Part shown: piece by piece, positions 1 through 12,534 of the stretch
Position numbering within the stretch: position 1 is the first letter of the stretch
Layout: every line of letters begins with the position of its first letter
Assembly: GCA_027923505.1 (NCBI GenBank)
Contig: BROI01000009.1
Location: forward strand, 372,001-436,000
Direction of reading: 5' to 3'
Source of the DNA: Mayamaea pseudoterrestris
Lineage: Eukaryota
DNA: 64,000 nt
Position numbers and translations under genes: made by a program
Notes under the pieces: model-generated
Told to the model about the DNA's origin: nothing
The model's database searches: none
Seen by the model: only the letters and a program-made list of their open reading frames with translations

Positions 1-623
1 ACTCGACCAATTCGAAAATTTTTACTCAGATGGACGTTACAGATGCGAATGCGGATGCGGACTCACAGGCATTAAACGATACAATTCAAGACCGCGAGGG
101 CATTAATGGGATTAGGAAAGGGTTTTGTAGTTTTGTTCAAACAATGCCAGGCCATGGTGGGGCTACAAGAGGAGAGAAATTTTCTTACCTTGTAGCACAG
201 AAGCGTGGCGGATGTGATTATGAAGCGATTGCGGAGGTGACTCCCTATGACGGACTTGCAAAGGCCTTGCAGGAGGGCCTCAACGCTTCCGCTGATGATA
301 AACTATTGGCGCGATCTCTCGAGCGAGCAATTGGCATGGAAGAGAATTACCTCGACTCTGATGATGACGACCTTAGATTGGAGGTAATGCGCGGGGACAT
401 GAATCGAAGCAGGTTTGGTCGCATTGTACGCTCGCCTTTGAAAAAGAAGGGACACATACACATTGAGTACTGCTGTAGTCCCGGACGCATTGAACGACAC
501 TTAATTAGTAAGAGTATGTCTGCCCGGGCTCCCGGTATCTTTGCCGCTGCACGAAAGGCTCGATGGGGCGGGTTCTGGCCACTTACGCCCTCGAGCAGAG
601 GAGGCCATGAAGTACCCGTATAG
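1..623 (+). CDS. Rsm22/METTL17-like mitochondrial small-subunit methyltransferase family protein, 3' part (5' end outside window)
   Basis: C-terminal motifs EKFSYLV, GRIVRSPLKKKGHIHIEYC...GRIER..ISKS and AARKARWGGFWP are typical of the Rsm22 family. Confidence 0.75.
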   Translation, partial: STNSKIFTQMDVTDANADADSQALNDTIQDREGINGIRKGFCSFVQTMPGHGGATRGEKFSYLVAQKRGGCDYEAIAEVTPYDGLAKALQEGLNASADDKLLARSLERAIGMEENYLDSDDDDLRLEVMRGDMNRSRFGRIVRSPLKKKGHIHIEYCCSPGRIERHLISKSMSARAPGIFAAARKARWGGFWPLTPSSRGGHEVPV

Positions 624-672
624 GTCTTAAATATATATGCTTATTTGTTACTCTATCTTGTAGATGCAACGA

Positions 673-3600
673 TCAATGTTGTTCTAGCTTCGTTTTCCAA
701 ACCGGTGGATAATACTTGACCATGGAAAAAACAGGCTTGATTGGCACTTTGAAATCAGAAAGCGGCTTCTCAGGCGTTGCTGGTCTCGTCATTGTCGGAG
801 AGCTCGGTCCACTCAATTGCACCTCCACCCTTTGTCGCGGCATTCCGTCCCATGGGATGTCATAAATTATGTTATGATAGTCGAAGCTGTGCACCGGATC
901 GCTCCAGCCAATCAGATTATCATCAATGCAATCGACATCGCACGCCAACAGTGGAAATGGCAACCCAAAGCTCCGAATCTGAGGAATGTATAGATTAATG
1001 CCATCGTTGCTTGAGAAATCAATGTGTTGATTTTGGTTGGCCGCCTCATAAACGCCTCGAACCCAGGAGAGACTGAAATTTACAATTCCGGTCCCGAAGA
1101 AAAAGACAATAAAGAGAGCCGCAACAATGCACGCCGTCCATCCGTAAAGAATCGTGAGAGCCTCCTGTGTACCTCGCATCCATGTCAACCCTTCCGGTTG
1201 TAGACGTGGGGTTGGCGGAAATGAAAATCCGTCATATGAGCGCCAAGACTGAGAGCAAAAGACTACTGCAGCCTCCTGGGTGACCGTAATGGACTGCAGA
1301 CTTGGCACATTTGGAGGTGCTAAAATATTGACATAAGTTGCTGGCGCAACATACGTAGAATTTACCGAATCGCATACATTGTCGTAGGGGAATTGTGCCC
1401 ATGCATACGCTGACACGAGGAAGTAGGCAACCACCGCCCCGGAAAAGAAATATCGACGGCTGAAGGAGGCAAGTTCAGAACCTAGCTCAGGATTCCATCC
1501 CCAAATTCTCATTAAACAATACTTATCAGCACAGTACTGTACAATTAAGATGGCGAAACCGAAAAAGAATGTCGTTGGAAACCTGCAGATCGACGAGCAA
1601 CGATCATTGTGATCAGAGATTGCGCATTGTCTTGGAATGCGCATCTTAGCCATTACTTACAAGCTGCTATAGAAAAAACATACAAACAAAATCTTTGTCA
1701 TATCCGTGTAACGCTCTCCAAGATTGTAGTATGTGCCTTGAAAGAATGAGTTCATCGTCTCTTGAGTGCGACATCGCGGAGCAAAAAAATGCTTTTGAAT
1801 GTTACCCCAAAGATCAAGCAGTCGAAGAGCAGGGACGAGCCACAGCTCGCTCCAAAGAATGGAGTTTATCTGCGGTAACACATCTGGAGTCCGATACGCG
1901 GTTAAGACAAAACATTGTCGCGGCATGTACAAGAGGAAGAACAGCTTTACATCAATTCTACTTACCTAATCGACCCGGCGCAACCGTACTTGTAAATGGA
2001 GTAATAAATTTTGTCAATACAGCCGTGTTGACCCAACGGAAGAGGGTAATCTTTAAATAAAGGCTGGACTGGTAGCTCCCTTCGCTCGTGTGTCGCTCGA
2101 ACACCATCAATATCTTAATAATTAGAGGAATGACTGAGTTGAAAACCGAAACGGCTGGACCGGTAATCCATGGCTGCTTACGCCGTATAGCAGCAACGAT
2201 CCAACCCGCAGCGCTCACCAGAAGTAGTGTAATGCAAAAATTTAAAGCCCTCCCGGCAACTTTTCGCATTGTCGAAGAACCCAAATCATGCCAGCGTACC
2301 GAGCTCGGCTCAGTTGGTTCTCGAACTCTCAGCACTCGATCTTGGAAAACAATGCTAGGAGTGACGGCGCTTGTCTTGTTCATCATCGCAGTCAGCTTGC
2401 CAGTGGACATGGCTGACAAAGCTGCCCTCTGCCCTTCTTCGGTTTCAAACGTAACAAACACACTGGTCACGTCATATTTCTTCTTCAATAGCACCTCTAT
2501 TTCATCTCGCAACGTAAACACCTTGTCGGCGAGCTTCTCGACAGGGAGCAACATATTGAAAAAGTTCAAAAAAGGCAAAACAAGACATCCAAATACGCGC
2601 ACTAAACAGCCTTGACGCTCCGACTGGCTTTCCAGAACAATCTGTCCTACTGCTCCACGGACAGCCGTCTCGTCGTCCAAAGGGACTCCTTTTGGCAACG
2701 CTAGCCGAAGGTTGCTCATATATACACGCCGCTCGACCAGCTTTCGAACCAAAACATGATTATCGAGTGCAATCGTGACACCAGTGACTTGCTTGTCAGC
2801 AAACTGGCTAAAAAAATCCCTCCAATCATCAGGATCGTAAGCATCCGGAGGTGGATTGCGAACGACTACCGTCTATATGAAATAAGTAAGTCTGTATTAA
2901 ACAAAAAGCAGATCGTCTGTAAAAGTGCAACCGCAAGGAAGGCATACTTACATAGTCGCTGGCAGTAATTCTTAACAAAGGAAGTCAAGTGGGAATGAGT
3001 CAAGTATCTAAACAACATCTCCGCGCACTTGATTGTACGTACTTGTCCTCCTCAAATCGCACTTCTCGCGCGCGAAGATAAAGTGACACGAGAGCCATTG
3101 CGCCAGCGAGCAGAAACGCGACAACATAATTGACGACGCCTTGACTGAATTGACCACCCTCACAACCATTGCGCGCAACAAGGACAACACCGTCAGCTGT
3201 CTTAGCGAACCTTTCCGGACTGTAGATCCACTGCTCCTCTGTACAGTCGGCGCAAACCACCCAGTCGGCGGTCGAACATATAGCACTTGACGCGAGCGAG
3301 AAGAAAATAGGTTCTGTCCTATTGTCCACGACGCGAACCTTACCAGCTGGCGAGTACTCGTTGCTGTTGTAAAACATAATGTTGGGTAGATGAATGAGTC
3401 CAGCGCAGAGGAGAAGGATTGCCATTAGAAATAAGGTCGTAAAGTAGAGATCCACTCCAACACCCCATTCAATCAGCGTTGATGATCTCGTCTTGAATGG
3501 ACTATAGAGCTCGGTTGCCTGAGTCTCTCCTGGAACTGCACGTCTCATGACATGTGACGCCGACGCATCCGAGACAACGCGTCGAGGAAGCGTAATGTGC

Positions 3601-3854
3601 TCATAGTATGCGTAAGCCTTGCTAAGCGAGGGTGCTCGACTGTCTCCTGCGCGTGGAAAGTACCAGCGCCACTTTGAGAGGTAGTTTTCAACAACCAGTC
3701 GCGACCACGTCTTTTGTCGCGCCGCATCCTGTTCGGCAAAAGTGCTGATCATTTGATCCACTTCCTCGTCCGTCATGTTCAACGCTGGTTGCGAAGCATG
3801 GCGATCAAATCCAGTTTGTGGACGCATCACGTAAGGTTCCTTGGAGGTCTTCAT
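673..3854 (-). CDS. OSCA/TMEM63 (CSC1)-like multi-pass membrane channel, about 5 exons
   Basis: ORFs 3000-3854, 1958-2752, 1657-1932 and 673-1653 join through GT..AG introns, including a micro-exon at ~2952-2970 (ITASDY). Motifs VFVTFETEEGQ, VREPTEPSSVRWHDL, FERH..EGSYQSSLYLK and ERYTDMTKILFVCFFYSSLFP..DKYCLMR; many TM segments. Confidence 0.7.
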
Positions 3855-4511
3855 GATGTTATTTTCAATGATGATAATGCTGTCTGTTCCAATGAATCCA
3901 CAAAACTACTTGTCGTGGTTGGTAGATAGTAGATTGTGGTACTCCAGCAGTCAGCAACAGCAAGGTCGCTCGGCAGAGTTGTTAACGAACGCAGTGCGGT
4001 AAACTACGTCGCTTGCAGAATATATGCAATAAAGAAGCTTGTTTTCGCTGTGCCGACAATCAAGCTACTCCGTAACAGAAGTAAACACGAAAATGGCCGC
4101 AAGGAGCTGCTGTGTTATGATCCTGTCCAGGGGATTCGATTTATGGATGTGTTTGTGGTTGAATAGACTACTCTTCGGATCACAGTTTGTGTTGACAGTG
4201 CATGTAGATGTAGATGCCACTTAAATCGATGACTATGTATGATGATGCAAGTGTATGTACGCAACCTTTGCGCTAAATTTATGGAAAACTGATAATCGTC
4301 AATCGTCTAGCAAGACACGCAAAGAAGTGTGAATATACAGTTGGCTGCAAACCAGGCCAAACATTTGGCTATGGATGGTCACACTGGCGAGTGCCACAGC
4401 AAGTAGCTGGGCAGAGGCATGAACAGGTAGCAGAATGGCTCAACAGATGTTGAGGAAAGACGTGCAACAAAAATGTAGAAGCATTTGTAGGAGGCAACAG
4501 TAAAGGTGTGT

Positions 4512-5603
4512 TTATTTCGGGTGCGCAACAACATCTCCGTGGACTGCAATGTGATTGGTGATAACTCGTCACCAGTCTCAGCCAGCAGCTGCCATGCCTT
4601 TCAAATGCCCGTACCATGAGCCATTTGTGTGCCCGAATCATGCTCGAATGGTGCTAACATCCTTATTTCAGATGCGCTACAAGATAAAGTGACTGGCTGG
4701 TGTCTCCGTGGACTGCAATGTGATTGGTGATAACTTGTCACCAGTCTAAGCCAGTGCCTTTCAAATGCCCATACCATGAGCCATGTGTGTGCCTGAATCA
4801 AACCAGAATGGTGCTAACATCCTAGTATCAGATGCGCTACAAGATAAGATGACTGGCTAAGGTTTCAGTGGACTGCAATGTGATTGGTGATAACTTGTCA
4901 CCAGTCTCAGCCAGCAGCTGCCATGCCTTTTAAATGCCCATACCATGAGCCATGTGTGTGCCTGAATCAAGTTGAATGGTGCCAACATCCTTGTTTCGGT
5001 TGCGCTACAAGATAAGTTGACTGGCTGGTGTCTCCGTGGACTGCAATGTGATTGGTGATAACTTGTCACCAGTCTAAGCCAGTGCCTTTTAAATGCCCAT
5101 ACCATGAGCCATGTGTGTGCCCCAATCAAGCTAGAATGGTGCCAATATCCTTATTTCAGGCGCGCTACAAGATAAGTTGACTGGCTGGTGTCTATGTGGA
5201 CTGCAATGTGATTAGTGATAACTTGTCACCAGTCTCAGCCAGCAGCTGCCATGCCTTTCAAATGCCCATACCATGAGCCATGTGTTTGCCCGAATCAAAC
5301 CAGAATGGTGCTAACATCCTACGATCAGATGCGCTACAAGGTACCGGTAAGTTGACTGGCTGGTGTCTCCGTGGACTGCAATGTGATTGGTGATAACTCG
5401 TCACCAGTCTCAGCCAGCAGCTGCCATGCCTTTCAAATGCCCATACCATGAGCCAATTGTGTGCCCGAATCATGCTAGAATGGTGCTAACATCCATATTT
5501 CAGTTGCGCTACTAGATAGATGACTGACTGGTGTCTCCTTGGAATGCAATGTGATTAGTGATAACTTGTCACCAGTCTCAGCCAGCAGCTGCCATGCCTC
5601 TCA
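4512..5603. repeat. Tandem array (satellite 1), about 6.5-7 copies of a 160-175 bp unit
   Basis: Anchor GGACTGCAATGTGATT (last copy GGAATG..) at 4541, 4710, 4870, 5038, 5198, 5373 and 5541; spacings 169, 160, 168, 160, 175, 168. Confidence 0.95.
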
Positions 5604-5818
5604 ATACTCGGATTTCATGTCGCTTCGAAAACCGCTACGAGTACACATACTCGTTAGCAAAATCATGCAGCCGTCATGGATGAATCCTTATCTTTCGTTA
5701 CGCTAAACCACACTACATGCGACTAATGTGAAACAGGCTATTTATTAAAGTCTTATCTCAGGCTATAGTATATATAGCAGTATAGGAATTGCATCCATAA
5801 CATGCGAGAACGTTACGA

Positions 5819-6428
5819 TCAAAGGTAACGTCGTGCAACTGCGCGTACTCGAGTATCAAAAGCCATCGAGTCAAACGGAGTGTCATATCGATAGAAAGGA
5901 TTCATAGAGAACTGAATAAGGTGTCAAGAATGGGTGGGTTTAAAATGTGAATCAGAAGAATGTTTACAAAACGAGATACAAGAGTTAACAAACAATCTCT
6001 CATCTCTCGTTTAAATTACCTTGACGTATAGCTCATAAACTTCTTGGAAAAAGGATCTAATGTTCTCTTCGTTCCTATTCCCTGTATGCAGTAGCAAAAA
6101 TTTGATACTACTGGCCGTAATGAAAGCAGATACTTGTTGAGTGTTCACCTAATGTAAGATCGTAGAGCAAGGGATGTTAGCAGTTGGCAGGTGACAGGTG
6201 ATTGATGCAAATCGTCAGAAAGACTCCCGACAATACCTTGTCAACTACTTTTAGATACATGTTATTCGATGTCCAGGCCGCTCGGTCCACCAAGTCGAGT
6301 GCCGAATGAAGGACGAAGAAATTCTGTCGCGTCGCTGCATCTTGAGCTCCTGGTCGTTTGTGAAACTCAGCCTCATAGAGTGGCTCGTTTTGACCGACAA
6401 TAACAAAGAGAAGGGTCGGAGAAGTCAT
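5819..6428 (-). CDS. TRAPPC2: TRAPP complex subunit 2 (sedlin/Trs20), 3 exons
   Basis: Exon 1 MTSPTLLFVIVGQNEPLYEAEF...FVLHSALDLVD...NNMYLKVVDK; exon 2 (~6149-6020) VNTQQVSAFITASSIKFLLLH...FFQEVYELYVK; exon 3 FSMNPFY...FDTRVRAVARRYL*. Confidence 0.9.
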
Positions 6429-6656
6429 GGTCAGTGCTATAAGCCATTTACGAGGCGAGTAGCCAGATGAGAAAGGCGCACACACGCAACTTTATGGTTG
6501 GGTCCGTTTCCATTTCCATGCGTAGCCGTCGGCCGTCAAGTACCGTACGGCGTTACCGGTACGACTCTGTCGCCTGTCCGATCTGCATGTCGCCAACACA
6601 AGCACGCCAAGCATCATCGCGATTGGAACGCACAACAAGTTTAGTGCAGCTCCACC

Positions 6657-8894
6657 ATGGCATCGTCCATTGCCTCGCTGGCCATACAATCGACAAAGCG
6701 ACAACGACTAATAGTGGCGGCAGCAACTGTATGTGTCATAGTAACTCCGTTATTATGCGTTAATAAATCGATCGAGCGATGTCCAGAATGGCTCCAACGC
6801 GCAGCAACACCAGCGACACATTCGTCGACTACCGGTAGCATGCTTGCTAATAGATCGCATTCTACTGATGCTGGTGTTTTAGTGGACCAAAATGAAAAGC
6901 AATACAACAGAAGAGGTCAGCAGCAAGACGATGGTGTCAACGAAGGAGACGATGCTGGAGGTGATCAAAATGATAGGAATCAACACGACGACGGAGAAAA
7001 TGACGGCGATGACAAGAACCAAGATGACGGTGGGAGCAATAAGGAAAATCAGATGGACGACTACTACAAGTACAATGGAGATGATGATAAAGAAGACGTT
7101 GATGATGCTTTGAATGCGGGTGAAAACGCTGCAGCCGATGATCAAACCCAAGTTCAGGAAGAAGAGGAAGACGCTGCTGACCATCATGATGATTACTTTG
7201 ATGACAAGCTTGCCGATGACCAGATAACGGATGATGACAATACCATTGCTTGGGACGACTTCTACGCGTATCAGGACGATTGGCGAGCGCCCGACTTGTT
7301 CCCTTTGACGACGAGGAAATTGGTAGCCTACGCCTTGATCATCGTCGCTTCCACACTTGGCGCATCGGGAGGGATTGGAGGAGGAGGAATAGTCATTCCT
7401 GTGTACATTCTAGTCATGTCGCTCCCTTTGAAAGTGGCAGTACCCATTAGCGCGGCTACTTGCCTTGGTGGAGGACTCGGCTCAACCATTGTCAATATTT
7501 TCTTTAGACGACATCCCCTTGCCGATCGACCGCTCATTGATTGGGATTTGATCATGGTTGCCGAGCCATTGACGTTGGTTGGGACTCTTCTCGGTACATT
7601 GTTTCATAGAGTTCTTAGCGAAAAGATTCTTGTTATTCTCCTGGTCATGCTGCTCAGTGTGACCGCTCACACGACCCTTTCGAAAGCTATGCGCATGTAC
7701 CATGCTGAGAAGCGGTACATCCGGCATCTCATGGCTGCGCAGGCGCCCCCACCTGCAGGAACACCACCTGGTGGGGCCGAATACGCCGCATGGACGGGGA
7801 GTCATTCGCCGTTTCATCAACACAGCTCTCTCAACAAACCGGACGTTAACAACTCGCAGCAGGAGACTCCACTTAACGACATTAATGAGAAACAGAGGAT
7901 CCTTATTCTTAATCCTGATTATGTGACTCTTCGAAGCGATCTGGCGCAGCAAGACAAATTTACTCCGCGGACAAAAATATTGGCGCTTCTCGGGATGATG
8001 TTTGTCCTCACCTTTCTGTCCATTAACCCCATGGGTATCCGGTGCGGTTCATTGCTCTTTTATTCAAATTATCTTGTCATGGTCGTATACCTGGTGGCAT
8101 GTGCGTGGGCAGCTCAGACCTACGTGGTTGCCAGAGCAGAGGTGAAGGAACTAGTCCGGCTCGACTATGTGCATGGCGACATCAAATGGAATGCCAAAAC
8201 TGCTGTTATATATCCAGCCAGTGAGTTCGTTCCTCTTTGAAGTTATATCGCAGTGAATTTCATGTATACAGTCTTGTTTATTGCTAACAATACCGTTGTC
8301 GGCTTCCAGTTTTTGTCGCTGCGGGGGTCTTTGCTGGAACACTCGGCATTGGCGGAGGAGTAATTCTAGTGTAAGTGCTGATGCTACAAGGCTGTCCATC
8401 GCGTAGTTATTTACCATGTTCAAACTCACCAGCTCTTATTCCGTTATAGACCACTCTTGATGCACTTTGGCCTGCATCCGTCAGTGGCATCAGCGAGTTC
8501 GTCTGCCATGATCCTTTTAACAAGCTTTTCGGCAACCACAAGCTATATTATCTATACCGTACTTCTCATTGACTATGCCGTTGTTGGATTTTGCCTTGGA
8601 TTCTGTAGCGTAAGTCACTGCGTCGCGCGCTCTTTGTAATGGTCGGCGATACGTGATACTAACTTTGGCTGTATATTGTGTGCATAAAAGGCTTTGGTGG
8701 GACAGGGTATTATGCGACAAATTCGACAAGCAACTAGCGCCAGCGGACGCAACTTCGAAAGAAATTCATATATTGCTTTTGTGATTGGTGGCGTCGTTCT
8801 CATTTCCGCGCTGCTCATGACTATCCAATACGTCCTGCTCATTGTGCAAGAACCTGATGATTTCCAAGGTGTATGTGACGGTATTTCATACTAA
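6657..8894 (+). CDS. Sulfite exporter TauE/SafE family membrane protein with acidic N-terminal region, multi-exon
   Basis: GGIGGGGIVIP, RRHPLADRPLIDWDL..EPLTL.GT..G and YVHGDIKW; later exons GTLGIGGGVIL, HPSVASASSSAMILLTS and YIAFVIGGVV. First intron donor GTGAGT at 8221. Confidence 0.85.
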
Positions 8895-8954
8895 TATTTC
8901 CTTGCGTACAATGTACATAATTATACAAGAGTTAAGAAAATTGTGTTGTGCAAT

Positions 8955-10472
8955 TTAGGCAGCAGCATTATTCTTGCGACGTTTCTGCAGACATTGCCAG
9001 ATGAGGATCCGCCCATCGTCCGCTCCTGTGGCAAGTATACCTGAGTCTGCCGCATCAGGAGCCCAGTCAATTGCGTTGACGCTGTCGGCATGGCCGCGCA
9101 TTATGGCCAATGGAGCTGCCGAATCGGCTCGGTCATATAATCTCAATCGTTTGTCCCAGCCACCGACAGCGAAGATTCGGCCATCGGGACGGAATCGGCA
9201 GAGACTGACACCTGGTTTGCCGGCTACCAGGGATGTGGGATCGTTTGATTTATGGCAGGTGGCTCGTCGGCTTCGTACCCTAGCCTGCAGAGTCTTGTCA
9301 CTCTCACCACTTCGAATTGCTTTCATTACGGCGACAGTGCCACTCTGCTCCTCGGTTATGCCGGCCAAGTCGTCACGATCGGCCGCCAGGCCTGCAATCG
9401 TCACTACGCCTTCCGCGTGCCCACTTGCACTTTGACCGAATGTGGAATCGCGAGCCGGTGTCATGTCCAGCGAAAGCACTGGATCTCGACCAAGTTGCAA
9501 TGAGCTCGATGAAGTGAGCAAGCATGATTGTGAAAATGTAGCCTGCGACGACATCAAGGGCATTGATGGCATGGCCAGATCATAGAATAGTACTCTTCCA
9601 CTTTCCATGCCACATGCCAAGATAGGCCGACCAGATGCAACCGTAGTAGTTTCTGAGAAGCCTAGGCTCATCAGCATGCCATTGATATTTTCAGCGTCAC
9701 TATTTTGAATTGCCACAATGGGTTGATTGCTGCCGGACAGTCGCCAATCTCGAACAGTTGCAACAGAATCAACATGATCCGGCAAAACAACCAAATTAGA
9801 ATTGTGGTTGCATGGACATGCGGCGCAGAATGTCAGCGATTTGGTTGCAACGCTGTTCAACAAAGGAATGTTCAGCTGCGTTGCATCATGTAGGCTGACT
9901 GTTCCCTGTTCGTCTCTGGTTTGAAATAGAAGCGACTGAGCCGATCGAAAAGTGGCGTCGTTCCGTCGCAGCAGCGTGACAGGCCCTCTATTCATCAGCA
10001 TTGACGTCGTGGAAACGACACGTTGCCTGCCCAAGTCCCATAGTAACGTCCTGCCATCTCGATATGCGCTTATGAGGAATCGGCCAGCCAATTCCATAGC
10101 GGCGGACGATTGACCAGCAGACGATCCTTTTGCAGCCTGGGCGAGCGAGCGACATTTAAACAACAAGTGTTCGTCAATTTCTCCGACTTCGTCCAGACTG
10201 TCTTGCCTGCAATTGGCATCCAATGCTTCAGAGTTGCCATCAGAGCAATGACTACCGGTCACCGACGGCATGAAACAGAGGGACGAAATGGACGTGAGAC
10301 TGCGGGCTTTTTCATGCGTACGTGAGCCTCCAGGAGCATCTCTAGGCAGAGTTAGACTTAAAATAGGGTCGTTAGACAAATGAGTTTGCTTTGCTAACAT
10401 CTTTGAATCGCTCGTCATGTTTGGCACAGTCTCAGCGTGCAGCGAAGAGCGAAGACGACTCGATCGCTGCAT
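8955..10472 (-). CDS. WD40 repeat protein, GNB1L/Asa1-like
   Basis: 505 aa ORF. C-terminal KPGVSLCRFRPDGRIFAVGGWDKRLRLYD...GHADSVNAIDW...LATGADDGRILIW and a central ACGMESGRVLFYDL resemble GNB1L/Asa1. Confidence 0.7.
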   Translation of the reverse strand: MQRSSRLRSSLHAETVPNMTSDSKMLAKQTHLSNDPILSLTLPRDAPGGSRTHEKARSLTSISSLCFMPSVTGSHCSDGNSEALDANCRQDSLDEVGEIDEHLLFKCRSLAQAAKGSSAGQSSAAMELAGRFLISAYRDGRTLLWDLGRQRVVSTTSMLMNRGPVTLLRRNDATFRSAQSLLFQTRDEQGTVSLHDATQLNIPLLNSVATKSLTFCAACPCNHNSNLVVLPDHVDSVATVRDWRLSGSNQPIVAIQNSDAENINGMLMSLGFSETTTVASGRPILACGMESGRVLFYDLAMPSMPLMSSQATFSQSCLLTSSSSLQLGRDPVLSLDMTPARDSTFGQSASGHAEGVVTIAGLAADRDDLAGITEEQSGTVAVMKAIRSGESDKTLQARVRSRRATCHKSNDPTSLVAGKPGVSLCRFRPDGRIFAVGGWDKRLRLYDRADSAAPLAIMRGHADSVNAIDWAPDAADSGILATGADDGRILIWQCLQKRRKNNAAA

Positions 10473-10710
10473 GTGCGCGTCGCAATGGAGTTTCCTCGAA
10501 TATCGCTGCGATATGATATTTCATTCCCGCTAAAGGAAGATGTACTACCGGTACGATATGCCGGTACGAAGCGCGCCGTCACAAGATCCGTTTATTTCAC
10601 GATTCGACTTGCAACGTCGCCGCCAAGAGCCAAGGGTGATGCCACACCTGCTATTTTGCATTGAAACAAGTGAGCGTATAACGGGTTGCCGCTGCTGATC
10701 AGCATTAAGA

Positions 10711-12256
10711 ATGGTCCATAAATCTTTTAATATTATAGCGCAGAGCATCGACATTCATGGCCCCGACAATTATCCGAACGGTTGCAAGTTCAGTCCGGAC
10801 GGCCTCTGCGTTCTCACAAGCTCCAATAAAGACTCGAAACTGCGAGTGTACAATACGTTCGCATCAGAAACAGATTTGATGGACGTCGGGGAGAACGCCG
10901 ACGATAGCACTTGTACTGCAGCGCTACCGTCAGCCAGTCCGACAGCAGCGTCATCACTACCCAGCATACGCCCTTGGAAATCGGAGCTTTGTGCAGATGG
11001 CGGAGACGCTGTCCGATGCTATGACTGGTACCCAACCATGAGATCAGACGAGCCTGCTTCTTGCTGTTTTGTAGCCACGGCAAGGTATGCTATATGTTGC
11101 GCACGTGTTGCTCTCCCTAATCCACCGTCGCTTTACCTGTCTCAGTCGGTACGTACTCACCTTCTGGTAATAACACAGGAGCCAACCCATTCATCTATAT
11201 GACGCATATTCTGGTCTCATTCGAGCCACATATCGAGCATACAATTCACTTGATGAACTAGAGTCAGCCATGGTGGTTTCATTTCAACCGTCGGGCCAAC
11301 ACTTTGCAGCTGCCGGATTTCGCACTGCGGATCAACGCACGATTCACATCTTCGACACGGCCATACCTGGACGCCAGTCGAATACGTTTTTGCTCGGAAA
11401 AACTAGACGGTCCAGTGACGGGCAAAAGGGAATGGTGTCGGCTTTAGCATATGGCGCAGCACGCAGTGGTCAACAAAATCTTCTCGCTGTTGGTGCCTAC
11501 GCCCCTGGATCCATTTACGTGTACGATCAACGCGCTGGAATACACCGCTCCGGCACTGTATTGGAAAATGGGCATTGTGTTGCCGGACTGAAGTATACCG
11601 GAATGGGGGGTTGCAGTAAGCGTAGACGTTTTGATCCAAGTTACGACGCGCAAACATTCATGACCAACAAAAGGGACCACAACGAGCACGAGCCTGATAA
11701 AAAAGTTGACGACTGCGCGGCATCCACATCATGGCTGCTACCTGCTAAAAGCAACTGGTTTCAAACGCGAGCTCATGGAGGTGTGACGCAGCTTCAGTTT
11801 GGCAACAACATACAAGACTACATTCTTTATAGTTCTAGTCGACGATCCAATAGCATTCTCGCCTGGGATCTGCGCATGCTTTCTGACAGGCAAGACCTTG
11901 CTCCGCAACCGTGTATTAGCTACGGCTTGGCGAGCTATGCGACGGATAATGACACAAATCAACGACTTCAATTTGATATAAATGAGACTGGTGATACTTT
12001 GTATGCCGCTGGGAGGGACAAGTGTGTTCGTATCTATGACACTAAGACTGGCGCTTTGCGAGAAATCATTGAAGGACTGGAAGATGCTGTTAATGGAGTC
12101 TCATTCGGTCTCATGCCATCCAATCCGCAGCGCACCCACCTGGCGGTTACGACTGGGTCGCGCAGATTCCCTAGCGAAGACGATCTCGATAGCGAAATAG
12201 TGCAGGCATTAAGCTCGAATGCGGCTGCTGGTTGTATCAGATTATATCAATTATAA
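10711..12256 (+). CDS. WRAP53: Telomerase Cajal body protein 1 (TCAB1/WRAP53/WDR79)-like WD40 protein, 2 exons; start uncertain
   Basis: NGCKFSPDGLCVLTSS, YDWYPTM.S.EPASCCFVATAR|SQPIHLYDAYSGLIRATYRAYN.LDE, HGGVTQLQF, TNQRLQFD, TTGSRRF. Intron 11085-11178. Confidence 0.8.
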
Positions 12257-12534
12257 AGTGGTCAACGTAAAACTATACACATTAGATGCCAACACATACC
12301 GGTTGGTCGTGCAATTACGATACGTCGTAGACTACATACTGTAAGAATACGTACGAGTATTGTAGTTCTTGCACACAGACCCAACATCCAATCTCTGTGC
12401 GACTCGGTTCATGCTCTCCTATTAACAGTAAGCAACGTCATCGGCTGCTGTCACACATTGCGTGAATCTCGAACGCACATTATTTTAACCGAGCAGGAAG
12501 CTCACGAACTTCATAATTCAAGCTGTACTCGTAA

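Noticed and set aside
4512..5603. Hammerhead-ribozyme retrozyme interpretation of the arrays
   Set aside because: No CTGANGA plus GAAA core was found on either strand of either monomer by eye. Other ribozyme classes are not excluded.
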